Shown: piece by piece, positions 12,421 to 23,816 of the stretch
Layout: each line of letters opens with the position of its first letter
Numbering within the stretch: position 1 is the first letter of the stretch
Made by a program: the position numbers and the translations under genes
Assembly (NCBI GenBank): GCA_002269645.1
Contig: NIVC01002163.1
Coordinates: 124,001-188,000 of the forward strand
Reading direction: 5' to 3'
DNA length: 64,000 nt
DNA from: Macrostomum lignano
Lineage: Eukaryota
Notes under the pieces: model-generated
What the model was told of the DNA's origin: nothing
Databases searched by the model: none
The model's input: only the letters and a program-made list of their open reading frames with translations

Positions 12421-15400
12421 AAAGAAAACTTGCTGATGTTTACTGAGGAGCTGCTAAATTACAGGGTGACAGGCAGAAGTGATAGCTAGCATGCGGTAAG
12501 CTAATTTGTGTTGCCCTTTTTTGAATCATCCATTAATTCGAGTGTTTTAGCTCTCAAATAATGCCTTTTCAAACCTTTTCTCGACAGTTTCGCGAATGCA
12601 TCTGGGGCAATGCCGCGGTTACATGCAATATTGCTTTATTTGGCATTCGGATGTCCAGACGGTGAGGTTATTGCGAATCTAAGGCAGAAAAACTGAACAC
12701 TTTCTATCTCCAGTGTACATGAATGATATTTTTGATACACCTCCTGGACAAGGATGCAGCTTATTTTCTTTAGATTCGGATTTTCCTAAGAGCTAAGAGC
12801 CATACAATGTGTAGGATGATAATAAAATCGTGACTTAATGTTTCCGTTAGCATGGAAAGCTCAGCAGAGGTTAAGTGCACACACGCTGACTTCCCTACAA
12901 TAATTGCACCCCAACGACTGTGGCTGTGCATCATCACTAAAAATAAACAGCATTGCTCGAATCATTGACGCCTCAACGACTCAGCTTGGATGGTATGTCC
13001 CGTTCCCAATCTCAGATACACATGTACATGCAGTATGCGGGCCTCTGCACTGCATGGGACGGATCCCTTTGGTAAGGAGGTCCTTAGTTGCTAGGCAAAC
13101 GATTTTTCTAACCTTGTCTGCAATACACATACGGCTGAACATATTTAACAAAATTTGTAATTTAAAAAATCGACCATAAAGAAGCAAACCGGAATTACGT
13201 TTTTAAATGCCTTGAATAAGACCACAGACTATATTTTAGTATATTTCGTGAATATTGTGCTGATGAAAAAAACAAAAAAGCATCTGCATGGGGGATTTAA
13301 AAAATTAGGACCAAAAACACGCAGCCCGGAATGGCGCCAAATGGATTGCTTGACAACAAAAAGTTCGTAATAAATTTGTCCGCAGTTTTGAAACAGTATG
13401 CTTGTAATTAATTTTCCTGGGGGAAAGGCCCATACTTTTTTAACTTTATATTTGTTAATTAACTGAATACATTAGTACATTCTTGCAGCTTTCTAATCTG
13501 TTTAGTCGTAAATATGTTTGATTTAATCAAAACAATTATCTAGTAGCGCGAGCCGCAACAGCAAAGTCAAGACGACAGAAAAAGTTTTGTTTGTCGATTG
13601 ATACGGCTCAAGATCGAAGTTGTAACAGATTCCGGCTACGAATCAGTAATTGCCCTTGCCCTTCGAGGCTGAGTGGCCGCGAGAATTGCGATTTCTATTG
13701 CGGGCCTGAAGGGAACTCATGTAGTCGGCTAGATAGTTAAAGAGCGGTAGATAGGAGCGCTTTGTAGCCAGAAGCTTTAGTTCGTCCGGAGAAGAGACGG
13801 CAGCTGAAATGTATTAGAAAAAAGTTCATTTAATTTGCAAGTAGAGCAGCGGCAACCGGCAACAGCAAAGTTTGAATTAAAAAAAATTTAATTAGCTATA
13901 ATATATTGTACAGCGCGCACTACATTAAATGATATCTATATACACTGCATGAACAGGAATTGATGGCAGACACAATTAAATTTACCCAGTCGCGACAGAA
14001 CTAAGCTACCTTGATGATCAGATGGGCTAATAGCAGAAAAACGGTCACCAAGAGTCCCTGGAACAGCCATGGACAGAATTGGAAGAGTAGCGAAAGTTGA
14101 AAGTAGGAAAATTGCAGCAATGTTGGAAATTTTTTCGCTCCACATGTTAGTTGCAAGTTTAGACGTGCCACAAAAACTATATATATATATAAAGGATTAG
14201 TTTTCAAAGCTGACTGAAAACGTTGGCTATCTAGCTAAAATTCGATTGATCGCGCTCGTCTTTTTATAGTTTTCTTTAACGGTTGTATAGCTAATTTTAA
14301 TCTTTATAACAAAGTTAACGAAAAAAGTTTTAATTTATTAATTAAAAACCACTATAGAACTGCTGTACTATAGCTTTTTATGTTCTTCAGTTTCAACTTC
14401 GTTGTGTCACAGTTATTTACTTAATTTAAATTTTATATTCTTTTTAGCACGTTTGAACTCACGCTTTGGTTGTTCATTTATCGTCAGGCCAAATTCATAT
14501 AAATTGCATGCAAGCAAGGATAAATCTGCCTCCTATCAAAAGTAATAGCAATTTTTGTGCTGAAAAAATGAAAATTTCCTATCTCCGTAGTGTATTTTTT
14601 CGGGAAAAAGTGCCTTCAAAAATTTTCTAAGAAACGAGGTTTCCCGTCCTTCTACTTAAGTCGTCCTTGGGATAAATATTAATAACCGGTTCAATTAGGT
14701 ATACTCTTTAGGCGCAAGCGCAGCACCAGATCCTGTTATTTTTGAAAACGGGACCGCAATACTAACTTGCAGAATTGCAGTCCTTTTGATGCCACCAAAA
14801 TTTTAATAGGGTGCCTGGTGCTATCCTAGGCTAGGGGCCTACCCATTAAGCCACCAAGTTGCAACTTGCAGGGCTATCTTCTAATATACGAGTATCTTGA
14901 TCATATAATATAAATCATATAAAGCTAGTAGAGTGTATGCACTATTGGCCTGAGTGGTCTGGTTTATAACATTGTATTTTATCCTATGCTATATGTTATA
15001 TATCATGGCTCTTTCTTATTGAGGTTTTCTGTTAGGCCTAGTCTAGGCATTAATAAGATCAGAAAGTCATAGCTTATACTCTAGTAGATTCTACCCTATG
15101 GCAAGTTCTCAGATCCTAGGTTTATATATTTTACCCTTTAGTAAATATTTTGCCTTCTAGGCCTAATGTGATTTCCTAGATTTTATTTATACTAGGCCTA
15201 GTCTAGGTCACGTGAATAACTATGCCGCATGTTATTCTGCACGTAATTCCGCATGTTATTCCATATGTTATTCCGCATGTTTTTCTGTACGTTATTCCGC
15301 ACATTATTCCGCACATTATTCAGCAAATTATTCTGCACTTTTTTCACATGTTATTAGGCATTTTTCCACGATGTTCTGTATAAAATTTACAAGTAATTTT

Positions 15401-15948
15401 TCCATTTGATACATTTTAAATGTAAAGCAAAAGCCTAATGTACATGAGCTTGTCGTTATATATTTTCCTAAATTATGCAGTACATGTACATGGCATTCTT
15501 AAAATTATAATTGACTGCAACAGAGTACTGTAGTTGCAGAGTTGTAAGTTGAGTTACAGAGTTGCATGCACAGAGCTGGCGTCGCTGAGAGGTAGAGAAA
15601 AGAAGATAAAAGTGACTACTTATCAACATATATCAAATTAATGAAAGAATCATATCATACATGTACAAGGTCACTATAGGATGCAAAATAAAGTGTTCTT
15701 TGATACTGAAAGAAGTTTACACTTTAATAAATATTATAAGCTAACACCAAATAAAAAACTAATGTGTAGTAAGTAAACCATATTACTGTATTTAGCTAAT
15801 TTAGCTTTTTTTACAATTATATTTTATGCAGATTGTCATACTTATTAAAAACTATCTATATCCTCACGTTTTTGATGTGGAAATTATGTATGGAACGCGT
15901 AAGTTAGACTAGGGGCCTTTTCATATTACCAATTCCAGAACCAGAATC

Positions 15949-16808
15949 AAGCTTAAGATCAACATTTATGGCGAAAACCAATGCATTTCAACCCACTAGG
16001 GCCGTCCTCAGGGTATATTTTATCACTGAACGAAACACTCAATATAAATAAGCAAACAATTGTACTATCTCAAGTGTCAAATTGAAAACGGGAGGGTAAC
16101 CAATGTACGAAAAACATAAAAAACTAGGGGTTGGAGTTAAGCGAAATAATGGGAGAGAGAGAGAGAGAAGGCAAACAGATGTAAAAAAAACAAAATGTAC
16201 ACGCAACAAAAAATAATCAAACTCAAAACACCCTAAGAAGGTAGCCCGCAATACTATGTAGCAACTGCACATTGAGACTGGGATTTTGAGCTTTGATGTG
16301 CAGCGCTTCAAGAATGCTAAGCTTGAATTCAGAGTTAGCACAGTCAATAATTTTAAACAATTCAATCTGTTCTCTGTCACAGCAGCCCTTGCATTCCAGA
16401 AGGTGGTCCTGGATAGCAGATTTTTTCAGCCAATGCTCCCTAACTCTGGTGTGCAGGTGTCTTTTGGTTTTTCCCACATAAGAGATATTCTGATCTTCAG
16501 AACAACAAAATTTATAGACGACACCTGCAACTAGAGCACGAGGAACATGGGACTTGAGATTGCTGACAAGTTTTGTTGCTGAGATTGCAACAAATCTCAA
16601 TCTCAACAAGTTGCTGAGATTGCTGCTGAGATTGTCAGCAATCTCAAGTCCCGTGTTCCTCGTGCTCTAGTTGCAGGTGTCGTCTATAAATTTTGTTGTT
16701 CTGAAGATCAGAATATCTCTTATGTGGGAAAAAACCAAAAGACACCTGCCATAAATGTTGATCTTAAGCTTTATTTATTTGCTATTAATTAAGCGAGCAA
16801 CTCTACCA
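15949..16808 (-). mobile_element. 5'-truncated, 5'-inverted Penelope-like retroelement with GIY-YIG endonuclease C-terminus (ORF 16223-16609)
   Basis: VVYKFCC...SYVGKTKRHLHTRVREH...LSILEALHIKAQNPSLNVQ is a typical PLE GIY-YIG region. Inverted copy of 16453-16569 at 16632-16749. 24-bp inverted terminal tails. 14-bp direct repeat cagaaccagaatca at 15936-15949 and 16809-16822. Confidence 0.9.
15977..16014 (-). ncRNA. Minimal type I hammerhead ribozyme of the Penelope 3' pLTR
   Basis: ACC-CUGAGGA-C-GGCCC-UAGU-GGGUU-GAAA-UGC-AUU-GGU: both core boxes, stem II, palindromic AUGCAU stem III, 3-bp stem I. Confidence 0.72.
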
Positions 16809-19129
16809 CAGAACCAGAATCAGTTCGGAATTACAAGAAAAACAGCAATAACTATTAAACTCTGTTAATATTTGACTGCCTATACAACCTCACTTAGCAC
16901 AATTTTTCACTTTCTTCTTGGCAATTGTCATTTAATAATAAAAACTTTATAGCACGTATCTCCCTCTAGTTATGGAGACTAAAAGTTATACTTCACAAAT
17001 TGGTTCTGGTTCTAGAACCAGAACAAGCAATATGAAAAGGCCCTTGGTGGGAAATATGTTAAAAAAGAAGATGTGCGGACTATTGTGTGGAATAAAAATT
17101 GGGAATAGCGTGCGGAATAATATTCGGAATAATGTGCGGAATAATGTGTGGAATAAAATGCGGAATAACATGCGGAATAAAATTCGAAATAGCGTGCGGA
17201 ATAATATTCAGAATAATGTGCGGAATAGCGTGCAGAATAACGTGTGGAAAAACGTGTGGAATAATGTGTGGAATATTGTGCGGAACAACATGTGGACCAT
17301 GTGGAATAACTAGCGGAACGTGCGGAATAACATGCATAATAACTTGTGGTGTATGTTACACTCATGTCTAGGTCATTATATAGGGCCTATACTAGTCTAG
17401 ATATTATACTAGTCTAGATCATTATATATACTAGTCTAGATTTTTTACTAGTCTAGATCTAAAAAAAATTTGGGCATGCATTGGCTTTGCACTAGGGGTC
17501 CCAAATCCTAGACATTTTAATGAGTGTAACTATAACATACACTACACAGTCGATAGTATGCATGTTATTCTGCACATTATTCTGCATGTTCCGCTAGTTA
17601 TTCCAAATGTTCCGCATGTTGTTCCGCACAGTATTCCACACGTTATTCCACAAATTCTTCTGCACGCGTTATTCTGCACATTATTCCGCACATCCGCACA
17701 TTATTCCGCATGCTATTCCAAATTTTATTCCGTACTATATTCCGCACATTAGTCTGCACATCTGCTTTTTTAACCTATTTCCTACCATTAAGCTAGCACT
17801 AGTCTAACTTACGCATCCAATACATGATTTCCACATAAAAAACGTGAAGATATAGATAGTTTTAATAAGTACGACAATCTGCATAAAATACAATTGTAAA
17901 AATAATGCCTCATAGCTAAATGCTTTTAGAGCATAATTAAAGCAGTAATATGGTTTACTTACTACATATTAGTTTTTTATTTGGTGTTAGGACTTATAAT
18001 ATTTATTAAAGTGTAAACTTCTTTCAGTATCAAAGAACACTTTATTTTGCATCTTGTAGTGACCTTGTACATGTATGATGTGATTCTTTTATTAATTAAT
18101 ATATGTTGATAAGTAGTCATTCTTCTCTTTCTCTAACCTCTCCATAACCCCGTCTCTGTGCATACAACTCAACTTACAACTCTGCAACTACAATATTACT
18201 CTGTTGCAGTCAATTATAATTTTACAAATGACATATACTTGTAATCCAGGAAAATATAACAACAAGCTCATGTACATGTAGGCTTTTGCTTTACATTTAA
18301 AATGTATAAAAATGGAAAAATTGCTTGTAAATTTTATATAGAACATTGTGGAAAAAATGCCTGATAACATGCAAATAACATGCGGAATAACATGCAGAAT
18401 AATGTGCAAAATAATGTATAGAAAAATGTGCAGAATAACGTATGGAATAACATGCAGAATAATGTGTGGAATAACGTGTAGAATAGCATACGGCATAAGT
18501 TATTCACCTGACATTTTACAATCCCAGGATCCCAGACTAAAAATTGACCCAATCCTGGGATTGAACAAACAAGTTTATAAGAAGCTTTCTATTATCCACA
18601 AAACAAATTTCTCAACCAATTTGAGCATCATTTGAGTTTCCAATTTCTTTTTCTAGCATATACTACATTGATAAAATAGTTAAAGGTATTTCATTTATCC
18701 TTGATCACTTATTCCTTGTAAAATTGTCACATTCTTTCTATGAATACAATATATTTTGATCACAAATCATGCAATGCAATGCAACACAAATACTAGCAGC
18801 AGTTATAGAAATTTGCAATAGCACTGTTTCTGTGACATGGAAATTGGCAACTCTGACAGGTGATAGTAATCCCTATTGCAGCAAGTCTAAAAATGTATAG
18901 ATGCCCTGCCAGGCATGCAGCCATGCAAGCTAAATTTTATTAAAGATGCACAGCTGCATATTGTATAGAAAAAAAGATTTTTCACATTTTTGCCCCCTGC
19001 ATGTAAATAAAGAAATTTCAAATCAATTTTTATTGAGAGTTTATATTCACTTAAATTGAACATTCCAAGTCTCGCTTTTCAGCTGCTGCTGGGCCTCTTG
19101 CTTCCTTTGTCAATTGCTGCCTTTAATTT

Positions 19130-19290
19130 TGTCAAAACCTGCTAGCTGAAGTTTGCTAGCCAAAACCTACTAGCTGAAGTTTGCTAGCCAAAACCTGGTA
19201 GCTGAAGTTTGCTAGCCAAAACATGCTAGCTGAAGTTTGCTAGCCAAAACATGCTAGCTGAAGTTGGCTAGCCAAAACCTGCTAGCTAAA
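19130..19290. repeat. 28-bp tandem repeat (aaacctgctagctgaagtttgctagcca), about 6 copies
   Basis: Direct reading. Confidence 0.85.
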
Positions 19291-21714
19291 GTTTATAACT
19301 AAAAAGCACTAGCATCAGTTTAAGTGCTTGGAATTAAAGTTAATTTGTCATTGTGGGTACAGAATACTCTCAAGTCTCAATCAGATAGTAGGACAATAGT
19401 TTAAATTTCTTACTTAAACTTATTAAACTGTCATGGGCCTGGCTAAATGAATAGTACTCTAGCCTCTCCACGGGGGTGCAGAGAAAGCTATAAAAAGTTA
19501 TTCCAAAACTACATTTGCTATAATGTATATTAAGCCCTATCGCCTGACCCTTTGTCTGGAGGAATGAGCTGGATAAAAGGCACAAACATCAGAAAAAGCA
19601 GGCAAACTTCACATGTTAAGAGACTATAGATTCTGTCCTGATTGAGTTACAATTACAAAGTTGAAACTTTATATTTAGACAAAAGACTGAGTCAATGAAG
19701 ATGTGTTTTAAGTTTGAAGTCAATTGCTTTATGCAGATCAAACTTATGGCAGCAAAAGTTAATCAATTTTAAAACCCCTTTTACACACCTGGTCAGATAA
19801 GGGAAGGAGAGAGGCAGAGGTTAGAGTGCTTAATTTGTCTCTTTGACAAAAGTCAGACTAAATTTTAAGCAAAAAATGCTATCCTGGGGTTGATAAAAAA
19901 GGCTTGTTTCACACTCATTGCATTTGAGGTCAGCTTTATAACCTCCCTTTCTTTGATCAATTGTCTATCAGACTGTTTGTTAAAAGATAAAATTCAATCA
20001 ACACCACAAATTGTATGCCTGCCACGCATAAGGTCATAAAACTTGTAGGCTTTATTGTGAATATACATTTTTTTACACTGTACATTGGCCAAGGAAAGGC
20101 CTAAATGGTTGAACAATTAAATCATAAAATGGAGTGCCCATTGAAAGCCTTAAAAACATGAAACATCGTATTTTAACATTTGAGCCACTTAAAATAAAGT
20201 TTCTAATTTAATTGAGTGGGCAATTTGGGAATCCATACTGTATCCATAGGCCATAGCAAAGAAATTTGTCCACAGACCCATAGAGTTTTCATTTTTATAG
20301 TTAGAAAAATATGCAGTTTCCCCATATAAGTTTCAACGCTGACTTGCCAGTATTGTAGGAGTTTACTTACAACATACATACATATGCACAAATAATATGT
20401 CAGTTTTAGTACATTCATATTAAGTGATATTGAGAGATTTGTATCACTGCTAATCAACACAACAAAAGGATATTCAATAAAGCAATTAAGCGCAAATCTA
20501 ATAGTCCTGATATAAGAACACTATGTTTCTCACCAAATTGGACAAGTAAAATTGTCTCTAGTAAATTACAACTTTGTGAGTTGGCCTAGAAAACTTTGGC
20601 TAGCAAACTGCAGCTCTATCTGCTCTAATGCAGCTCTATCTTGTATCTATCATGCGCCTACACTGAAGTGGCATGGCACAGATCTTTTTTGTGCATGTAT
20701 CATCATCATGTGCTACAACTGTGCAGCGCATGCAGGTCTATTTCATACATGTATTATGCATTACCACTGCAGTGCGCAAAGCTCCATTTTGTATCACAGA
20801 CAACACTTGTGATGCCCATACAATCTATAGGTGTGCATGCAAGTGCGCCAATAGATTTTCAAATTTTCACATGGATGCCATCTGTGCATACCCCTATTCG
20901 CTGCAATAGAGATAGTAATAAGTGATAGCTTAATTTAAAAAATTCTAAGCAAACACAAATTGGGGTTGTTGCTTATACTATATGGCATTGGCACTATAGC
21001 AATCAGTAATGCTCTATTTTTTGTAGTTAGCAAAGTAGGCTCTTAGCAGGGCAAAATTGGAGAATATCATGTCACTTGGCTTGGACCTCACTTTTGTTAG
21101 GAGGATGCCTACAGTAGAAAAGGCGCATTCAGCTTCAACACTAATTGCTGGAATGGCCATCAATGATTGGTACAGCAGCTGTAGCATCTCCTCTTGTTGC
21201 CCTATAGCCTGCAGGAATTCTAGCTCATGTCCAACCCTTGCCTCAATAGAATTTTCCCTCTTCTTGCTCTTAATCTGAGTGCCAGCCTGGGTCTATGAAA
21301 TTTGCTTGTAAGAAGTTTGCTTGCAGAATTTGCATAGCCAGATTGTCTATGCAAATGGGCCTGGTTTTGAGCAATTGTAACTTTTTATTATATTATATTA
21401 TAGTTATGCAAGAGTAATAACTAATATCTCATATCTTGGCAAATTTAGATTTTCCTATCTATCAAAACATATAGCAATTAAAGGGGTCCAAATGCAGATA
21501 AATAAAATATATTAATGTAACTTCTATGACATTAATAACTTTTAGAGACAGTCTTTATAAAATGCAACATAGTTTAGTTTAGCCTAATTTTATCGAAATT
21601 GAGGACCAACTATCTTGCACATTAAACAAAATGACCAAGGTAAAATATGTTGGACAATGTCTGTAAACCTCTTCTATTAACTGTAATTTTTGCAGCCAAC
21701 TACCAGCAGCTGCA

Positions 21715-23816
21715 ATGGATCGGCAGGCCAAGATTGACAAGCTGAAGGCTCAGGTGGACTCGATTCGCATTGGAGGCAAAGGATCCGCCCGCCGCAAGAA
21801 GAAGGTTATTCACAAGAACAATGCTACTGACGAGCGCAAGGTCACCACAACTTTAAAGAAGCTGGCAGTCAGCTCCATACCGGGCATCGAGGAGGTCAAC
21901 ATGTTCAAGGACAGCGGCGAAGTGATCCACTTCAACAATCCGAAAGTGCAGGCCTCGCTGCAGTCCAACACTTTCGCCATTAGTGGCCAGTCTGAGGTTA
22001 AGAATCTGACCGAGCTGCTGCCCAGCATCTGGAATCAGCTGGGCCCAGAGAACTTTGCTAACTTAAAGAAGCTGGCTACGAAATTTGGTGAGTGAACGAT
22101 CCCGATCCTGAAGTGAATGACCCCGATCATGAAGGGAATGATCCCGATCCTGAAGTGAATGATCCCGATCCTGAAGTGAATGACCCCGATCCTGAAGTGA
22201 ATGATCCCGATCCTGAAGTGAATGATCCCGATCATGAAGTGAATGATCCCGATCTTGAAGTGAATGATCCCGATCCTGAAGTGAATGATCCCGATCATGA
22301 AGTGAATGATTCCGATTATGAAGTGATTGATCCCGATCATCAAGTGAATGATCCCGATCATCAAGTGAATGGTCCCGATTATGAAGTGAACAATCCCGAT
22401 TCTCAAGTGAATGGTCCCTAGCATAAAGTGAATAATCCCGATTCTGATGTGAATGGTCCCGATCATGAAGTGAATAATACCGATTCTTAAGTGAATGGTC
22501 CCGATAATGAAATGAATAATTCCGATTCTAAAGTGAATGATCCCGATCATGAAGTGAGTAATCCCGACTCTGAAGTGAATGGTCCCGATTATGAAGTGAA
22601 CAATCCCGATTCTCAAGTGAATGGTCCCTAGCATAAAGTGAATAATCCCGATTCTGATGTGAATGGTCCCGATCATAAAGTGAATAATGCCGATTCTTAA
22701 GTGAATGGTCCCGATCATGAAGTGAATAATGCCGATTCTAAAGTGAATGGTCCCGATCATGAAGTGAGTAATCCCGACTCTGAAGTGAGTAATCCCGACT
22801 CTGAAGTGAATGGTCCCGATACTGATGTGAATGGTCCCGAGCATAAAGTGAATAATCCAGACTCTGAAGTGAATGGTCCCGATACTGAAGTGAATAATCC
22901 TCCGATTCTCAGGTGAATGGTCCCGATACTGACGTGGATGATCCCGATACTGAAGGGAATGATCCCGATACTGAAGGGAATGATCCCGATACTGAAGTGA
23001 ATAATCCCCCGATTCTCAAGTGAATGGTCCCGATACTGAAGTGAATGATCCCGATACTGAAGTGAATGATCCCGATACTGAAGTGAATAATCCCCCGATT
23101 CTCAAGTGAATGGTCCCGATACTGAAGTGAATGATCCCGATACTGAAGTGAATGATCCCGATACTGAAGTGAATAATCCCCCGATTCTCAAGTGAATGGT
23201 CCCGATACTGAAGTGAATGATCCCGATACTGAAGTGAATGATCCCGATACTGAAGGGAATGATCCCGATACTGAAGGGAATGATCCCGATACTGAAGTGA
23301 ATGATCCCGATACTGAAGTGAATGATCCCGATTCTCAAGTGAATGGTCCCGATCATGAAGTGAGTAATCCCGACTCTGAAGTGAGTAATCCCGACTCTGA
23401 AGTGAATGGTCCCGATACTGAAGTGAATAATCCTCCGATTCTCAGGTGAATGGTCCCGATACTGACGTGGATGATCCCGATACTGAAGGGAATTATCCCG
23501 ATACTGAAGTGAATAATCCCCCGATTCTCAAGTGAATGGTCCCGATACTGAAGTGAATGATCCCGATACTGAAGTGAATGATCCCGATACTGAAGGGAAT
23601 GATCCCGATACTGAAGTGAATGATCCCGATACTGAAGGGAATGATCCCTTCAAACCCGTGAATGAAACCCGTGCTTCTGCAGGCTCTGGTGCTCCGAAAG
23701 CCGACGGTGAGGCCGGCGACGAATCGGCAGTCGGTGCTGGCCCGGCCGCCGCCGACGAGGACGATGTACCGGAGTTGGTTGGCAACTTTGACGGATCCTC
23801 AGCCAAGGCCGAATAA
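21715..23816 (+). CDS. BTF3: Nascent polypeptide-associated complex beta / transcription factor BTF3, 168 aa; exons 21715-22087 and 23683-23816
   Basis: [16 protein letters not shown]...[37 protein letters not shown]...[13 protein letters not shown]; phase-1 GTGAGT...TTCTGCAG intron. Confidence 0.97.
22095..23650. repeat. 21-bp minisatellite (gtgaatgatcccgatactgaa) filling nearly the whole BTF3 intron
   Basis: About 70 copies starting at the donor. Confidence 0.95.

Larger units (their letters stand above)
15913..17043. mobile_element. Non-autonomous TIR element (PIF/Harbinger-like MITE) inserted in the left arm of the fold-back
   Basis: Perfect 15-bp TIR GGGCCTTTTCATATT (15913-15927 / 17029-17043), flanked by TAG / TTG; subterminal CCAGAACC motifs; the right arm lacks this block. 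Confidence 0.65.
15207..18512. mobile_element. Fold-back/palindromic element: inverted arms of about 700 bp (15207-15912 vs about 17805-18512) plus inner inverted arms (17044-17375 vs 17520-17800) with 12-bp ttattccgcaca subrepeats
   Basis: Reverse-complement match readable along the arms, e.g. gtgttctttgatactgaaagaagtttacactttaataaatattataag vs its inverse near 18000. Confidence 0.85.
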
